64,000 nucleotides of DNA from the human T2T-CHM13v2.0 reference genome, Homo sapiens, in the NCBI RefSeq assembly GCF_009914755.1, contig NC_060938.1; one strand, given 5' to 3'. Positions within the stretch are counted from its first letter, which is position 1. Every line of letters starts with the position of its first letter. The position numbers were made by a program, and so were the translations under genes. The notes under the pieces are model-generated. The model was not told where the DNA came from, made no database searches, and saw nothing but the letters and a program-made list of their open reading frames with translations. Positions 42,730 to 55,700 of this stretch are shown here, in pieces.

Positions 42730-42915
42730 ATCAGACAGCTGAGGATTTGGACTTAGTCCTGCATTCCTGGGTCTGTGACTTTTATTTAACTTCTTTAAGC
42801 ATCTGGATTTTTTATTGTAAAATGAGAGTACCAATACAACCGTCTTCATAAGGCTATTGTGAAATAAAATGAGATGAAGGTAAAGTGCTTACCACAATGC
42901 CTGGCCCATAGTGAA
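42730..42915 (+). mobile_element. MIR
   Basis: tatttaacttctttaagc...tgtaaaatgagagta...ggctattgtgaaataaaatgagat...aaagtgctt. Confidence 0.7.
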
Positions 42916-43449
42916 CACATACAATCCATGTCTACATGTGAAATTTCATGTATAGAGGTGAATCTAGACTATACAAAACCTTAATTTCTACACCTCTGCA
43001 GATGCACCTGTACCTATGAAAAGTAGTAATTCATCAGTAATATTTCAGATTATCTCCTGGAAGTTATATGAGCTCTAGAATAATAAATGATTTCTTCCAA
43101 ATATAGAAAATGCATTTATTTCTGGGAAATTTCTTCTTGCTTAAGTGTCCTGAATATTGATTTGATTATAAGGGACAAAATATGACTGAAATACGTCATC
43201 TGTTCCTTTAACAAAAGAAGCACATACCAAATGGTTTTCTTTGGGATTGATTTAGCATCATGGGAAGACTAATATAGCCCTTAATGCAAGAAATGAAGTA
43301 GGGAAAGGACCAATTTGAGGTTGTTGATCTCTGGAATAAATGGAGTTTCTAAGCCTCCTATATAGCCCGTAAGTCTCCATTGTTTGATTAGAGCATCTAT
43401 ATCCCAGAAACTGAACCTGCGGGGAAGGCAAACTGCCCCTGTGGCTTGA

Positions 43450-43837
<388 letters not shown>

Positions 43838-43854
43838 CTCTACTGACTCATTCT

Positions 43855-44714
43855 TTTTTTTTTTTTATGATGTATTTATTAATAAACTTATAGTTAAATA
43901 TATTTGTAACACTATTATTCTAAATAAGATTTAAGACTGTTTATATGTGTAAGATGCTTTACAAAATATGGTTGCACACAGCAACTCTGTGAGACATGTA
44001 TTATCACTCTCATTCTGCAAGAGAAATTACCGAGAATTAGAAAGGTTAAGTAACTGGTGTAAGAATAAACAGTAGGTGAAAAAACATATATTTCTTTTTT
44101 TATTATTATTATACTTTAAGTTTTAGGGTACATGTGCACATTGTGCAGGTTAGTTACATATGTATACATGTGCCATGCCGGTGTGCTGCACCCACTAACT
44201 CGTCATCTAGCATTAGGTATATCTCCCAATGCTATCCCTCCCCCGTCCCCCCACCCCACCACAGTCCCCAGAGTGTGATATTCCCCTTCCTGTGTCCATG
44301 TGATCTCATTGTTCAATTCCCACCTATGAGTGAGAATATGCAGTGTTTGGTTTTTTGTTCCATTGTGGAAGTCAGTGTGGCAATTCCTCAGGGATCTAGA
44401 ACTAGAAATACCATTTGACCCAGCCATCCCATTACTGGGTATATACCCAAATGACTATAAATCATGCTGCTATAAAGACACATGCACACGTATGTTTACT
44501 GCAGCATTATTCACAATAGCAAAGACTTGGAACCAACCCAAATGTCCAACAATGATAGACTGGATTAAGAAAATGTGGCACATAGACACCACGGAATACT
44601 AGGCAGCCATAAAAAATGATGAGTTCATGTCCTTTGTAGGGACATGGATGAAATTGGAAATCATCATTCTCAGTAAACTATCGCAAGAACAAAAAACCAA
44701 ACACTGCATATTCT
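43855..44714 (-). mobile_element. L1PA2-like insertion: 5'-truncated, 5'-inverted, with a 3' transduction
   Basis: T12 tail 43855-43866; non-L1 segment 43867-44090; L1 3'UTR (-) 44091-44360 with the GAG diagnostic (gatgacGAGttagtggg); inverted ORF2-end segment (+) 44361-44714 (ORF LWKSVWQFLRDLELEIPFDPAIPLLGIYP); perfect TSD tctactgactcattct at 43839-43854 and 44712-44727. Confidence 0.92.
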
Positions 44715-45099
44715 ACTGACTCATTCTAAGTAAAAGAAGAGAGCCAGGAATCTGGAGCTGATAGCTCCGTTGTAGTGACTTTCCAGGGCACAAGGGACCA
44801 ATTTTATCTGTCCCATCCCTCTAGGGATGCCCCCCATCCCACCATCAAATGAAAAGAGTGACCTCATCACAATGTGATTTGAGTAATAAGACTCTTACAA
44901 ACAAAAGAATCATCTGTGTAATCAAATTCTCAATCATCTGTAGTTACATCTAGGGAAGAAGCTTTGGGCTGCTGCCTGGGCAGGTGTGTGTCTTTTATTT
45001 GAACTACCAGTGAGCAATGGATATCTCTAAGTGGCCATGTTGGAAACATCACCTTTGGCTCATAGTTGGGCAATTGTCTATGGAAACAAAAGTTATCCC

Positions 45100-45470
45100 T
45101 TGACTTACAGCAGCATTTACATATCCCTTCTATCAGGGCTTTCACATCTGCTTTTTATTCTCTCTAAAGTATATATTGTCCTGAGATATTCCCATGGATC
45201 ACACCTGCATTTCACTTCGATTTCTGCTGAAACATCACTTTCCTCACCTCCCCATCTACAATATATCAAGTGTTCCTTCTGCACCCCATCATCTGCTTTA
45301 TCCTGCTCCTTACTGTTCTTCATCACACTTAACACAACCTGACACTGTTTTATACATGTATTTGTACATAGTTTTCCTCTCCTACTACAGTATAACAGGA
45401 AATTCCTAGAACAGTTTCAGGCACACAGTAGAAATTCAATATAAACATTTGTTTTTTAAAAAATGAATTA
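45100..45470 (+). mobile_element. L2 3' fragment
   Basis: ttcatcacacttaacacaacctgac...cctagaacagtttcaggcacacagtaga...aatgaat. Confidence 0.6.
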
Positions 45471-48029
45471 ATTTATAAATATTAGACATGATTTGTACTA
45501 AGCCAGAACATATTTCTTCCTTGGGTCAGTGTTCTACATCTTCCTTGAGTCAGTGTTCTAGTCCCTTTAAAAGAAGTTTAGAGATGAGAATATGTAGCCA
45601 ATGGAATTATACAAGTTTTTTAGTATTGGGGCCCTGATGATAAGGATAAGATGATACTATAACTTTTCTTTTTAAAAAGCCTATACTAATGGTTGACACA
45701 TTCTATGACATATTTTTCATGCTATCATATTCAGTTTTTTAAAAATCAACGTGTATTTAACTTGTACCCCACTTGTACCCAATTCTAGGGGCTAGAGCTC
45801 TGGAAGTACAGTCAAGAGATACTTGATTATTACTTGGTAGTTTTGAATATATTTAACAGTCCTCAACAGCCCCTTGTCAAATGTCCTTCAAACTCATGAT
45901 TCCTTGTAGAAGTCATGAAAAACAGAGTGCCTTAATAGGGGCACACCTGGTGGGGAGAGTCAAAAAATTTCATCCCACTACCAGCACTTTGCTTCTTACT
46001 TGCTCTGCAATGTCGGACAAACAGCCTGATTATCTGGGCCTCTATTTCCTTGATGAAAACAAAGCGAACAATTGACTTTGATGTTCATTCGTCATTGATG
46101 GTTGGCTGACAGTACCTACCCTTGAGCTTCACCCTGTGCATTAGTGCTTTAGCCCCTTTGAGACATTCTGGGTAAAATGGAATAGAGGATTGGCCTTCCC
46201 AGGAACAGCCCCTGATTTCTGGGAAGAGGGGAATTAAAGTCTGCCCAGAAGTTCCCAAAGGGTCATTCAGAGTCACCAAGAACTGTCATATTGCCTCGTG
46301 GTCAAGGCTAGTTTGAGAATCTGAAATATTCTAGGAAACATTTAACCAAATGAACGCCATGAGGGAAAAGAGGTCTGGGAAGGATTTTGTAATTTTTAGG
46401 GAGGGGTCAGTGAACTTTTGCACCTTGTTCTTAGAGAGACTATGGATGGACTAAAACCAACCAGTCTCAGAAATTAATCTATATCCTCAACTGAAGACAA
46501 AAAGTAATAGTGATTAGAGAGAAATACTCCTTTGCCTCATTCCATAAACAGTGGCAAATTTCTTTTCCTCACTAACTTTAAACACAATATAGATTCACCC
46601 CTCTGTTTATGCCAAATAACACACAGCATCATGTTCTTTTTAAAGTTATCTATCTTCTTTAATTATTTGCAGTTGGCTTATTGGTGAATACCTAGGCCAG
46701 TGTTGTCTGAAATGGGTGTACGTTTCCAGTTTTAGGGACCTGAAATGTTTAACCTGCCTAGAATAGCCCCATAGGCAGTTGAGTCTTGGGTAAATGCTCT
46801 TCTGTGATGAGTGAAATTAACAATATTATAATTGTCAAACTCCTCAAAGAAAAATATAATAGGAATGTAAAATATTCTTGAATGTTTTATTATGAATTAC
46901 TATCTTCTCTATGAAGTGTGTCTTTTCTTTATACTGAAATGATATAGAGAGTGATGCAATTTGCCCAACAACTCATAGTGGCCAGACCCCAAGCCCCTTG
47001 GCACAGCGGAGGACTGTTAAGCTCTGTGGATTTGATCTCTAGGACAAAAAGGTGGCACTGCGTAGCACCTCCAGGTTCTCATGCACTCCGAGAACCCTGA
47101 AGTAGACACAGATTGATGCAGAGCACTCAGTAAGTGAAAAAGGGAGTGAAGCCCAGAACCAACACACCATACCATCACTGTCCCACAGAGTGCTGACAGA
47201 TTGCAAAGCCTAGAGAGGCCATTGTCCAATCTTCCTCTCCACACAGTGGTCCTCTTCTTGGGGAAAACATCAGTGGAGATGTGTCACAAGAGCCCAGGAA
47301 ACACTTTGGCCCCCAAAGAATCTTTTCTCTCTTGGATTCATAAATCACACATCTTAATCATGCCATCCAGTCCTAAAAAATTTTTTAAGGATGGTACTCT
47401 GCTAGTGAAAATTCATAGGCACCTGCTCTTGATTTACTTCCTGCTTAGAAAAAAAATTTATACAGCTGTGATATTGCAGAGTGACTCCATTCAAAGTACC
47501 AAACAGTGAGGCGTTGTCAAGAAGGGATATGTTGGATGCTTGGGTTATGATGATTTCAGCTATTCCTTTTTTTTTTTTTCTTACAGCATCATTAGTACTC
47601 TGTCATTCTAATAATAATAATTCCCTTTTGACATCATAGAGGTAGAAGAAATCATCACTGACATCAAAAATGAGGTGATATTTCAGCAGTATTATTTCAC
47701 TGAAGATAAAATGGAGAGATTTATTACTCCCCATGCTTTTAAAGAAAGCTGAACGAGGCATATGCTGACCCTAGAGCTTATCTACTTCAGTTCCTTCCAG
47801 ACTGATATGAAATAACTAATTTTACGTATTCTAACTAGAGTTTTAGAATGTAGTTTTTTTCCCCAAAGCTTTGTTTACATCTACATAGTGGAAAGTTTTT
47901 TGAAAACATGCTTTCTCAGTTTGTAATAACCTGAGAAAACAAAAGAGAAGTCTAGTGTAACCAAGAATGATCTATAACTTTCATTCTTCAACACCACCCT
48001 TTGTTCAAAGTATTTAGGAATTGATTTCA

Positions 48030-48400
48030 CTCAATCATGTGGTCAATACTGATTGTGTACCTGTTGTGTATTATACACTGTACTGGGTACTGGGAAGACA
48101 AAGATGGATAAAACAGAGTCCTTGATCCAGAGAGCAGAGTCTAGAGTTAGGCAGGCACACAAAGAAATGATAATGAGATAATGTGATATGTGCTATAATA
48201 GAGGTATGTTCCAAGGGCAACGGGATAAAGCAAATGATTCTGTCTGGTATAAAAGGAGAGGATCTCAAAGACAGCATCATGTTAACCAGCTCTTAAGGGA
48301 TAGGCTCACCTACAGAGATATGAAGGAAGGGAACTCTAAACAGAGGGAATGGTATCAATAAAGAGATGAAGGCATCAAGTGTAGTGAGCAGAAAGAAATC
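48030..48400 (-). mobile_element. L2 fragment
   Basis: cactgtactgggtactgggaagacaaagatggataaaacagagtccttg...gtgctataatagaggtatg. Confidence 0.65.
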
Positions 48401-51400
48401 TGGGTATCAGGAATAAAGATATCTAAGCTGAGCTGGCATATGTAGACAAGAGTAGGAACGTTCATGTGGTGTAATGCTAGCCCCATGGGCTAATCAGTGT
48501 TTGGGGTCACAAGGATGAAGATTAAGAGTGTTTCATGTCAACAAAATTTTTTGGAATCATTGTAAGAGAAAGAGCATTATTTTCTAACAAGAAGAACTTG
48601 AAGGTTGCTCTCAGCCTATTAGGTAAGGGAGTAAGTATATAGATTTAAACAAGTCATTAAATCATTCCTTTTGGAATTTTCTCCATTCGTTTTTCCTTCT
48701 ACCATTCTGCCAACATGAGTGCAGGGACTTTTTCCCCTTAATCTCACATTGCTCATATAAATAGACATTTGGAGAAGAGCAATATGATCCTAGAACCAGT
48801 AACTCAAGGGAAAAAAAACTAAGACCTGTATGCATTGAAAGCTGGCATTGCAAAATGCATCAGAGATACAAAGCACTGCATAGACCTCAATCACTTAGCA
48901 CTTGGTCTACACACCATTAGGTATCTAGATTATTGGAAATGTCTCTGTATTTGGTAAAATATAAGCAAAACCTACATTTCAGGCGCCCACAGTTTCCCTT
49001 GAATATACCATTTAGTAAAACCCCTGACCTTTCAAGATGATAATTATCTCTCATTAGAAAAATTTTATTTGTTCTTCAACTCACTTAATTCTGATTTTGG
49101 TTGACTATTCAGAATTTCTACTAATTATAGCAACCTTTGTAAACAGTGTTGTCTGAGTACCCAATCCCTTTGTCCCAGTAAGATCTGTGCATGTCACATC
49201 AGTTACAAGTGATCTGCGATTAAAACAACAGTTCTCAAGTGAACAGTAAGTGATGACATAAAATATGAGTTTCATAACCATGCAAATATTCAAAGTTATG
49301 TGTTTTTTAAAAAAATCAAATACAGTATATGACTACTAGATTTTCAATAGGAGCAAAATTTCACCCCTTTCTCTCCTTCTCCCCAAAAAATAAACCTTTA
49401 TATTCCTGGATTGAATGATTACTTTTTAAAAAACATAATTTTCACAAAGAAAACAAAGAAAACCTCTCCCTTTCTTTCTAAATATTTTTGCAGCATCTGC
49501 ATAGGCTTTACCTTTCTATAAAATATAATATGAAACTTTGGTGCTTTGTATTGCAGATCATAAGCTGAGTTGCTTTCAGCTGCTTCATTTTATTTTATTT
49601 TTTTTCTTTCTCAAACATCTTTTTCTTCTCCAGATAATCAGTGCTCTCAACTGCTCTCAAATGCACGTACTTCTGTCACCATAAAGCTAGTGTAACCCCA
49701 TGGAGTACACTCCCAAGCCATGCAAGAGCCATTTAAGAGTAGATATTTTTGTTTAAGTCAGATCTCAGGATAGAAGGGGACATCATCCCCAATTGACTCT
49801 TGGCTCTTTTTCATGTGCAAAAGCTAAAAAAAAGAACTGGACCAAGTTGGGTTTGGGTGTTTGTTTGGGCTTTTTGCATGTACTAAAGCAACACAGAGCT
49901 GATGCACAATAAACAAACATGCATTATGGGTTGTTTTCAGTCACTTTATAGACATATGCATTCATAAATTTTGATACGGTTGTAAGAAGCTGACTTTGAT
50001 GGGACCAAACTCACAGACGAGCTTTCGATCACTGGAGCAACCGCAGTCTAACTTTATGTTGACAATGTATCAGCCCTTCTCCGTCAAGGAAAATTGTTTT
50101 TTAGTGCTTGCCTATTAGCAATCACATGCATAATATGAAATTGAGTTTTGGGGAGGACGGCCTACCATCTGTCTTTCTGATATTTTTTTTCAATGTTTCG
50201 CGCTCAAGTTCAACTCTCTGTGTATCAGAATGCTGTAAAACAGGATTCACCCATAATATGGGCACTTAGCAAGAAAAATGGGCCAGATACCAATGTAATC
50301 TTTTAACTTACTGACTTTTAAAAAGGAAAATCATTGATGCCCCAATCTGTGCATTATCTTTTGAGTGCACTTCAAATTCTGCCTGCCTCTCAAAGCCAAC
50401 TTTGGTACGGCTGATTCTTCTTAAAGAACAGTTCATTAGTGTGCTTCGAGAAGTGTTAAAACACTTTTACAAAAATAAAAATTCAAAGAGAAAGTGGAAA
50501 GCAATGTGAGGTTGGAAAATGGAGCTCTAAAGGATTGGTGTGAAGAATGAAAAAGATGTATTTAGTTTCCCTTCCATGTTCCAATATGCTAAGATTTTTA
50601 TCAATAATATTGTTTTTCTGCAACAATACCTGCCTCAGGGAAAATCTGCTCTGTAGCTGTCAGGATTATACTTCTCAAAATATGCTTAAGATGATTCTGT
50701 TAAATTGATAAAAAAAAAAAAAAACGTACACTCCACAATGTAGAAGGATTGCTCAAAAGAACATTCCCAAGCCTTTCACGTGTAACTGCATTTGTGCGGC
50801 AGGGCATTTATTATGCTATAAATTCCATCACTGATTTTGGCCAGTTCAGATTGATTCTGCAGTAACTGTAAGTAATGAACCTTCCAGAGCCAAAGAGGGG
50901 AGGAAAAGAAGTAGCCAATACACTTGTGGCTGTGGGAATACAAATTGTAGGGTTCATTTAGTCACAGCTTTTAGCAGATCATGCAGCCAATACCCTACAA
51001 AGCAAGAAAATATATACCCAGAAAAATCTACAGGTTCCTTGATCTGACTTCAGCAGCTACAACAGGCAAACACTATGAGAACACTTCTTGGGGAAAGTAA
51101 GTGATCTATTTTTTCCTAAGCTTTTATTTCCCAAATTTGTTCCCTCTCATTTTTCCCTCCCACCAAAGTATGGGCAAATGTCCATGCTACAAGAGCAACA
51201 AAATATGGAGCTCTCTTTTCCTAAGTTAGCCATGCCTGAAGCTTGCCTCCCACAGTTCCCAGTGCCAGGGGCTTAAGGGACCCTCAGCACAGAAGAAGCT
51301 CCCAGGGGTTGAGATGTAGCAATCCTCTGTTCAGATGGTTGTAAAGAGGAAAATCAGTTTCCCTAGAGTGGTTGATGCCTGAGCCTATTAAGAAAATAAG

Positions 51401-52359
51401 GTAACCAGTGATATGAAAAGCAGGAGAAACATCCTCTTGGAGGTGCCCCGCGACCCCACTGGGGTGGCGGCTAGAGAAAGAATTGGGTGAAGGAAAGAAG
51501 CTGCATTACAGACAGACAGTGATCTGTACTTCAGTAAAGCATTGCTGTCTAATATTAGAGGGCTTTTTTCCCTGATATTCTTTAAAACTGAGCACTAAGG
51601 AAATAGGTGGGGTGTGAGGGATGGAATAAAGTGTGATTGGAATCCGGGGTATCAAAAGAGACACAGCAGAGTAAGAGCCTTTGGCCAAGAGGAGGGAGGA
51701 GAGGAATATGGAAATGGATGACATTCAAGACACATTTCACCTACTAGGGAGGCCAAGGAAGTCCTCATTCCCTTCTTCCCCAGCTCCCTCTCCTCTCTGA
51801 CCTCATGTTCGTGGAATGCTTAGGAGCAGGGGAAGAATAGTGGCTGGAGTCAGCCTCAGAGTGCTGGCTCTATGGCGGTAGCATGGTCAGAGGGAGACCA
51901 TGGCTTCAATGGAATGTGCAGGCAATATTTTATGACAGTCCGGGAATCTGCATCCTCATCCCCATCCCACTGAATTTCCAGAAAGACAGAGGTACAAACA
52001 GGTAATCCATCTTAGAGAACAGCACAGCATCTTTACTGTCCTTAGTCCCCAAGAACAAATACCACAAAATCTTTCAAGATTCTCTCTCTCTTCTCCCTTT
52101 CCCTCTTAAAAATCATAGAATCGTAGAGCTGAAAAGCCTGTAGACATGGTGTTTGACTATTGTGAGGTACACCTGAAAGAATAAACCATCTGGGGCCTTT
52201 CTGAAGCATCTACATTTCTCGCTGGACTGTCTGAAGTTATTTGGGGTAAATGCCATGACGTGTCTCATAGACGAGACCATGGACACAGCAGGACAAATCT
52301 TTAGATAGGGACAGTGAGAGTTAGCCAAATGGAGACACATATTGTTGTTTTGGGTAACT

Positions 52360-52590
52360 CAGTAGGATGCAGAGCCCTGGCCTTAGGATCAACAGATGTA
52401 GGTTTTAGTCCTCGTTTTGCCACTTGATATATATTTGACTTTGGGGAACTCATTTAGCTTGCCTAAGTCTGTTGAAAGAGGATAATAGTACCTCTCCTGA
52501 AACATCGTAGAGTTATTATGAGGTTAATGTAAGATAATATGAGTGAAAATATTCTGTAAACTCTAAGTGACTGTGAATACCCAATATTAT
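52360..52590 (+). mobile_element. MIR
   Basis: tgactttggggaactcattta...gataatagtacct...gagttattatgaggttaa. Confidence 0.7.
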
Positions 52591-53029
52591 CTTTATTGGA
52601 TTATAACTGTAAAATGTAGGGTTTTAGCATTTCAGAATATATTGGCTTAGCTTATGTTTATCACAAGTAATTGACCTCCTCATTTTATTTCTATTATTGG
52701 TACATTTATTTTTGTGAAGAAAAGCCACTTTTAACAGAAGCCTTCAGATTACCCATTTTATTTCCAAAGAGGGCAAAGGCAGAAGGTATGTTCATAAAAT
52801 AAAAGTAGGAAAATAGCTGAAAGTTACTACCATGACGCCATCCCTGCCGTGGGGTCTGTGAATTGCCTCGGGGGAAAGGATTATATAGGAGTGGCTATGA
52901 ATCATGGCTGATGTGATTAGGCTGCACTCTAGACCGGGTGGGCGTGTGGGCCTTTCAGGACTCCTTGTCATTGTTGCTCACTTAGGTTAATGTTAAGATT
53001 AGCTGTCTGGTGTTATTTAATAATATTAC

Positions 53030-53456
53030 TGTCTTAGGCCATTCTATGTTGCTATGAAAGAATACCAGAGGCTGGGTATTTTATGAGGGAAAGAGGCTTA
53101 TTTGGCTCACGGTTTTGCAGGCTATCTAGGAAGCATGACACCTGTATCTGTTCAACTTCTGGTGAGACATCAGGCTGCTTCCACTCGTGGCAGAAGGGAA
53201 AGGGAAGCTGGCAGGTGCGGTGATGCCATGGAAAGAGAGGAAGCAAGCAAGACAGTGGGAGGTGCCAGGTCTTTAACAACCAGCTCTCCTGGGATCTAAC
53301 AGAGTGAGAACTCACTCACCCCTGAGGGAGACCATTCATCTATTCATGAGGGTTCTGCCCCCATGACCCAAACACCTCCCACTAGGTCCCACCTCCAACA
53401 TTGAGGATCTAATTTCAACATGAAGTTTGGTGAGGGCAAATACCCAAACCATAGCA
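53030..53456 (-). mobile_element. MST (MSTA/MSTB-like) solo LTR
   Basis: tgtcttaggccattc...ccccatgacccaaacacctcccactaggtcccacctccaacattgaggat...aaaccatagca; 5-bp TSD attac/attat. Confidence 0.9.
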
Positions 53457-53859
53457 ATTATCCAACTTTGAGTTTGATTTCTTTTATTAGTGATTGAAAG
53501 CTTTATGTATCCCTCTTTGCATTGGAATAAAGTAATCATTTATCAGAGTCAGTAATGAGTAATACAGAGACCATAAGTTTCTTGAGGGAGAAAGGGTAAG
53601 AGGGCCCAGATGAGCCAAACCCACCTACTACATAGTGAATGCCCTGGACAATTTCTGGAATCCCAGTTGGGTGGATTCTTGCAGTACCCAGTTGTATTCA
53701 CGAAGTAACTAACCCCCAAGAAGAATCTTACTAATATGTTTTCTAAAGGGAATCTTATATTGAAAGGTTTTTGAAGTAAAAGGGAGAACCAGACAGATTG
53801 AGACTGCTCAGATGGATCAAAATAGCAATTGGGAGTGGCAAGAGATGCAAGGCGGTCTG

Positions 53860-55700
53860 TGAAAGAGAGCACTGAGCTTGGAGGAATGTCAGAATTATAT
53901 TTTAGCTGTGTAATCATAACCAAACACTTCATCTCTCTTAGCCTCCAGCTCCTTATTTACAGAAAGGAGATACTAATATGTGCTCTACCTACCTTAGAGG
54001 CTATTGTAAGGATTAAAAAGAAAGAAAGGAAGTTGAGAACTTTGTGAGCTTTCATGCAGTAGATAGATGTAGCATCTAAGCAGTCAGTCATCCTGTAGTC
54101 TGGTCCTACGAGGTACACAGAGAAATAAAGGATGCATTCTGTGCCATCTGAAGGAAAACAGAGAGTCAGAGACAAAGGCAGAGACAGCAAGAGAGCAATC
54201 CCTGGTAGTACATACCTAGGTGCTGATTGGGTAGCCGAGACAAAAGTAGGAATTCAAAGGGAGGAGGACAGCACTGGGCTAAAGTATCCAAGAAGAGGAA
54301 AAGGGATTTGATATCACCCTTGAAGAATGAATATTATTTCCACTGATGGTGGGGCATGGGGAAGGAATTCTTGGTCTGAAAGGTGATGTGAGAAAAGATA
54401 TGGAGAAGATAAACACAAGGCAGATTCAGGAGATGCTGGACAAAGCATCTGGAGTCCAGGGAGGGAAGTCATGGAAGATAAGCCAAGTTGTCTTGGCTTG
54501 GGACTGAAGCTTGAGACTGAATGGACACAAGCTTTTCATGATGAGCTAAGTGGTCTGAATTTTATTCCAGAATCAATCAAGGCTCTTGAGTGGTGATAGT
54601 GACAATGCTGCAACTTAATATCTACATAGTGCTACACCATTTTCAAGGCGTTTTTAAATGCACCACCTCATTCCATTTTCTCAGCAATTGTGTAAGACAG
54701 GGATGAAGAGGATGGTCACTGCTGTTCAACATATGGGGAACTGAGGCTCATAGAGGTCCTGCTGCTGCTCCAAAGTTATACAGGCAAATGAGGAAGACCC
54801 TATAGCTCCTGGTCTACTTCCTTAAAGATACTCTAGGAAGATGAATCTGACAGTAAAATGCAGGATGGACCAGAGTGGGGAAGAATACGATGGGGGAAAA
54901 AATGAGAGAGACCGGTTAGGCAGCTGCCCACCCAATTGTCCAGATGTGAGATTTCAAGAATTTGTATTACAGTGATGGCACTTGGAATGGATATACCAAG
55001 AAGTAAGAAAACATTCCTAGGTCTTAATGACTGACTGGATCTGGAAAATGAGAGAAAGAGGATCAAGGATGAGCCAAGAGAAGTGATGCACTCCCCTTTT
55101 CTGCCTTTGAATGCTGATGAAATGGAAGCATTCGCAGAAATAAAGAGTGGTCCAAGGTTGAAGCCTGAGTAACCAGTTGGACACTAGTCCTACTGACATT
55201 CATTCTTTACCCTCATGTGGAGAGGCCATTCCTTTTATTCACCTTTTCATTACAGCCCTGATCACACACTTGTCAGGTCAACACAGATGGACTCTGAGCT
55301 CCTTGGTAATTATGCCTCAGTGCCTGCACAGAGCACTGCCTTATAAAGGTTAATTAAACATTGAATGAATGAATGAACGAATGAATGTTGTCACACTCCT
55401 AAATCTCAGGTGCAGTCATATAATCCTTTCTTCAGAATTCTTCTGTGGTTCCCCCTTTGTCTGTACATGAAGTCACAACTCCTTTGTACAGCATTCATAG
55501 CATTCCACAATCCAGCCTGCTTCACCTCCTCCAGCACCTCCCCACCTACTCCACTTTGTCCTCTGTCTGCACTCCTCTCCATTTCTGAACACAAAAAGCA
55601 GTTTTGTGTCTCTGTGCTTTTGCTTATAATAGTTCTCCAACCTAATACCAGTCAAATCCTACTCACCCATAGAAATTTAACTCAAATGCTGCCTCCTCCC
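53860..55700. mobile_element. Patchwork of MIR and L2 fragments
   Basis: MIR cores near 53930-54020 and 54690-54790; L2-like purine-rich segments; (TGAA)n L2 tail at 55362-55387. Confidence 0.55.

Noticed and set aside
44091-44360. Active L1HS-Ta element
   Set aside because: Carries GAG rather than ACA/ACG at the 3'UTR diagnostic site and is under 1 kb long.
47561-47680. Strong-looking acceptor (T-run plus ttacag at 47586)
   Set aside because: Arises from a poly(T) run, with only weak downstream donors (gtagaa, gtgata).
51450-51472. CTCF-like ccactggggtggcg
   Set aside because: Spacing does not fit the CCASYAGRKGGC core.
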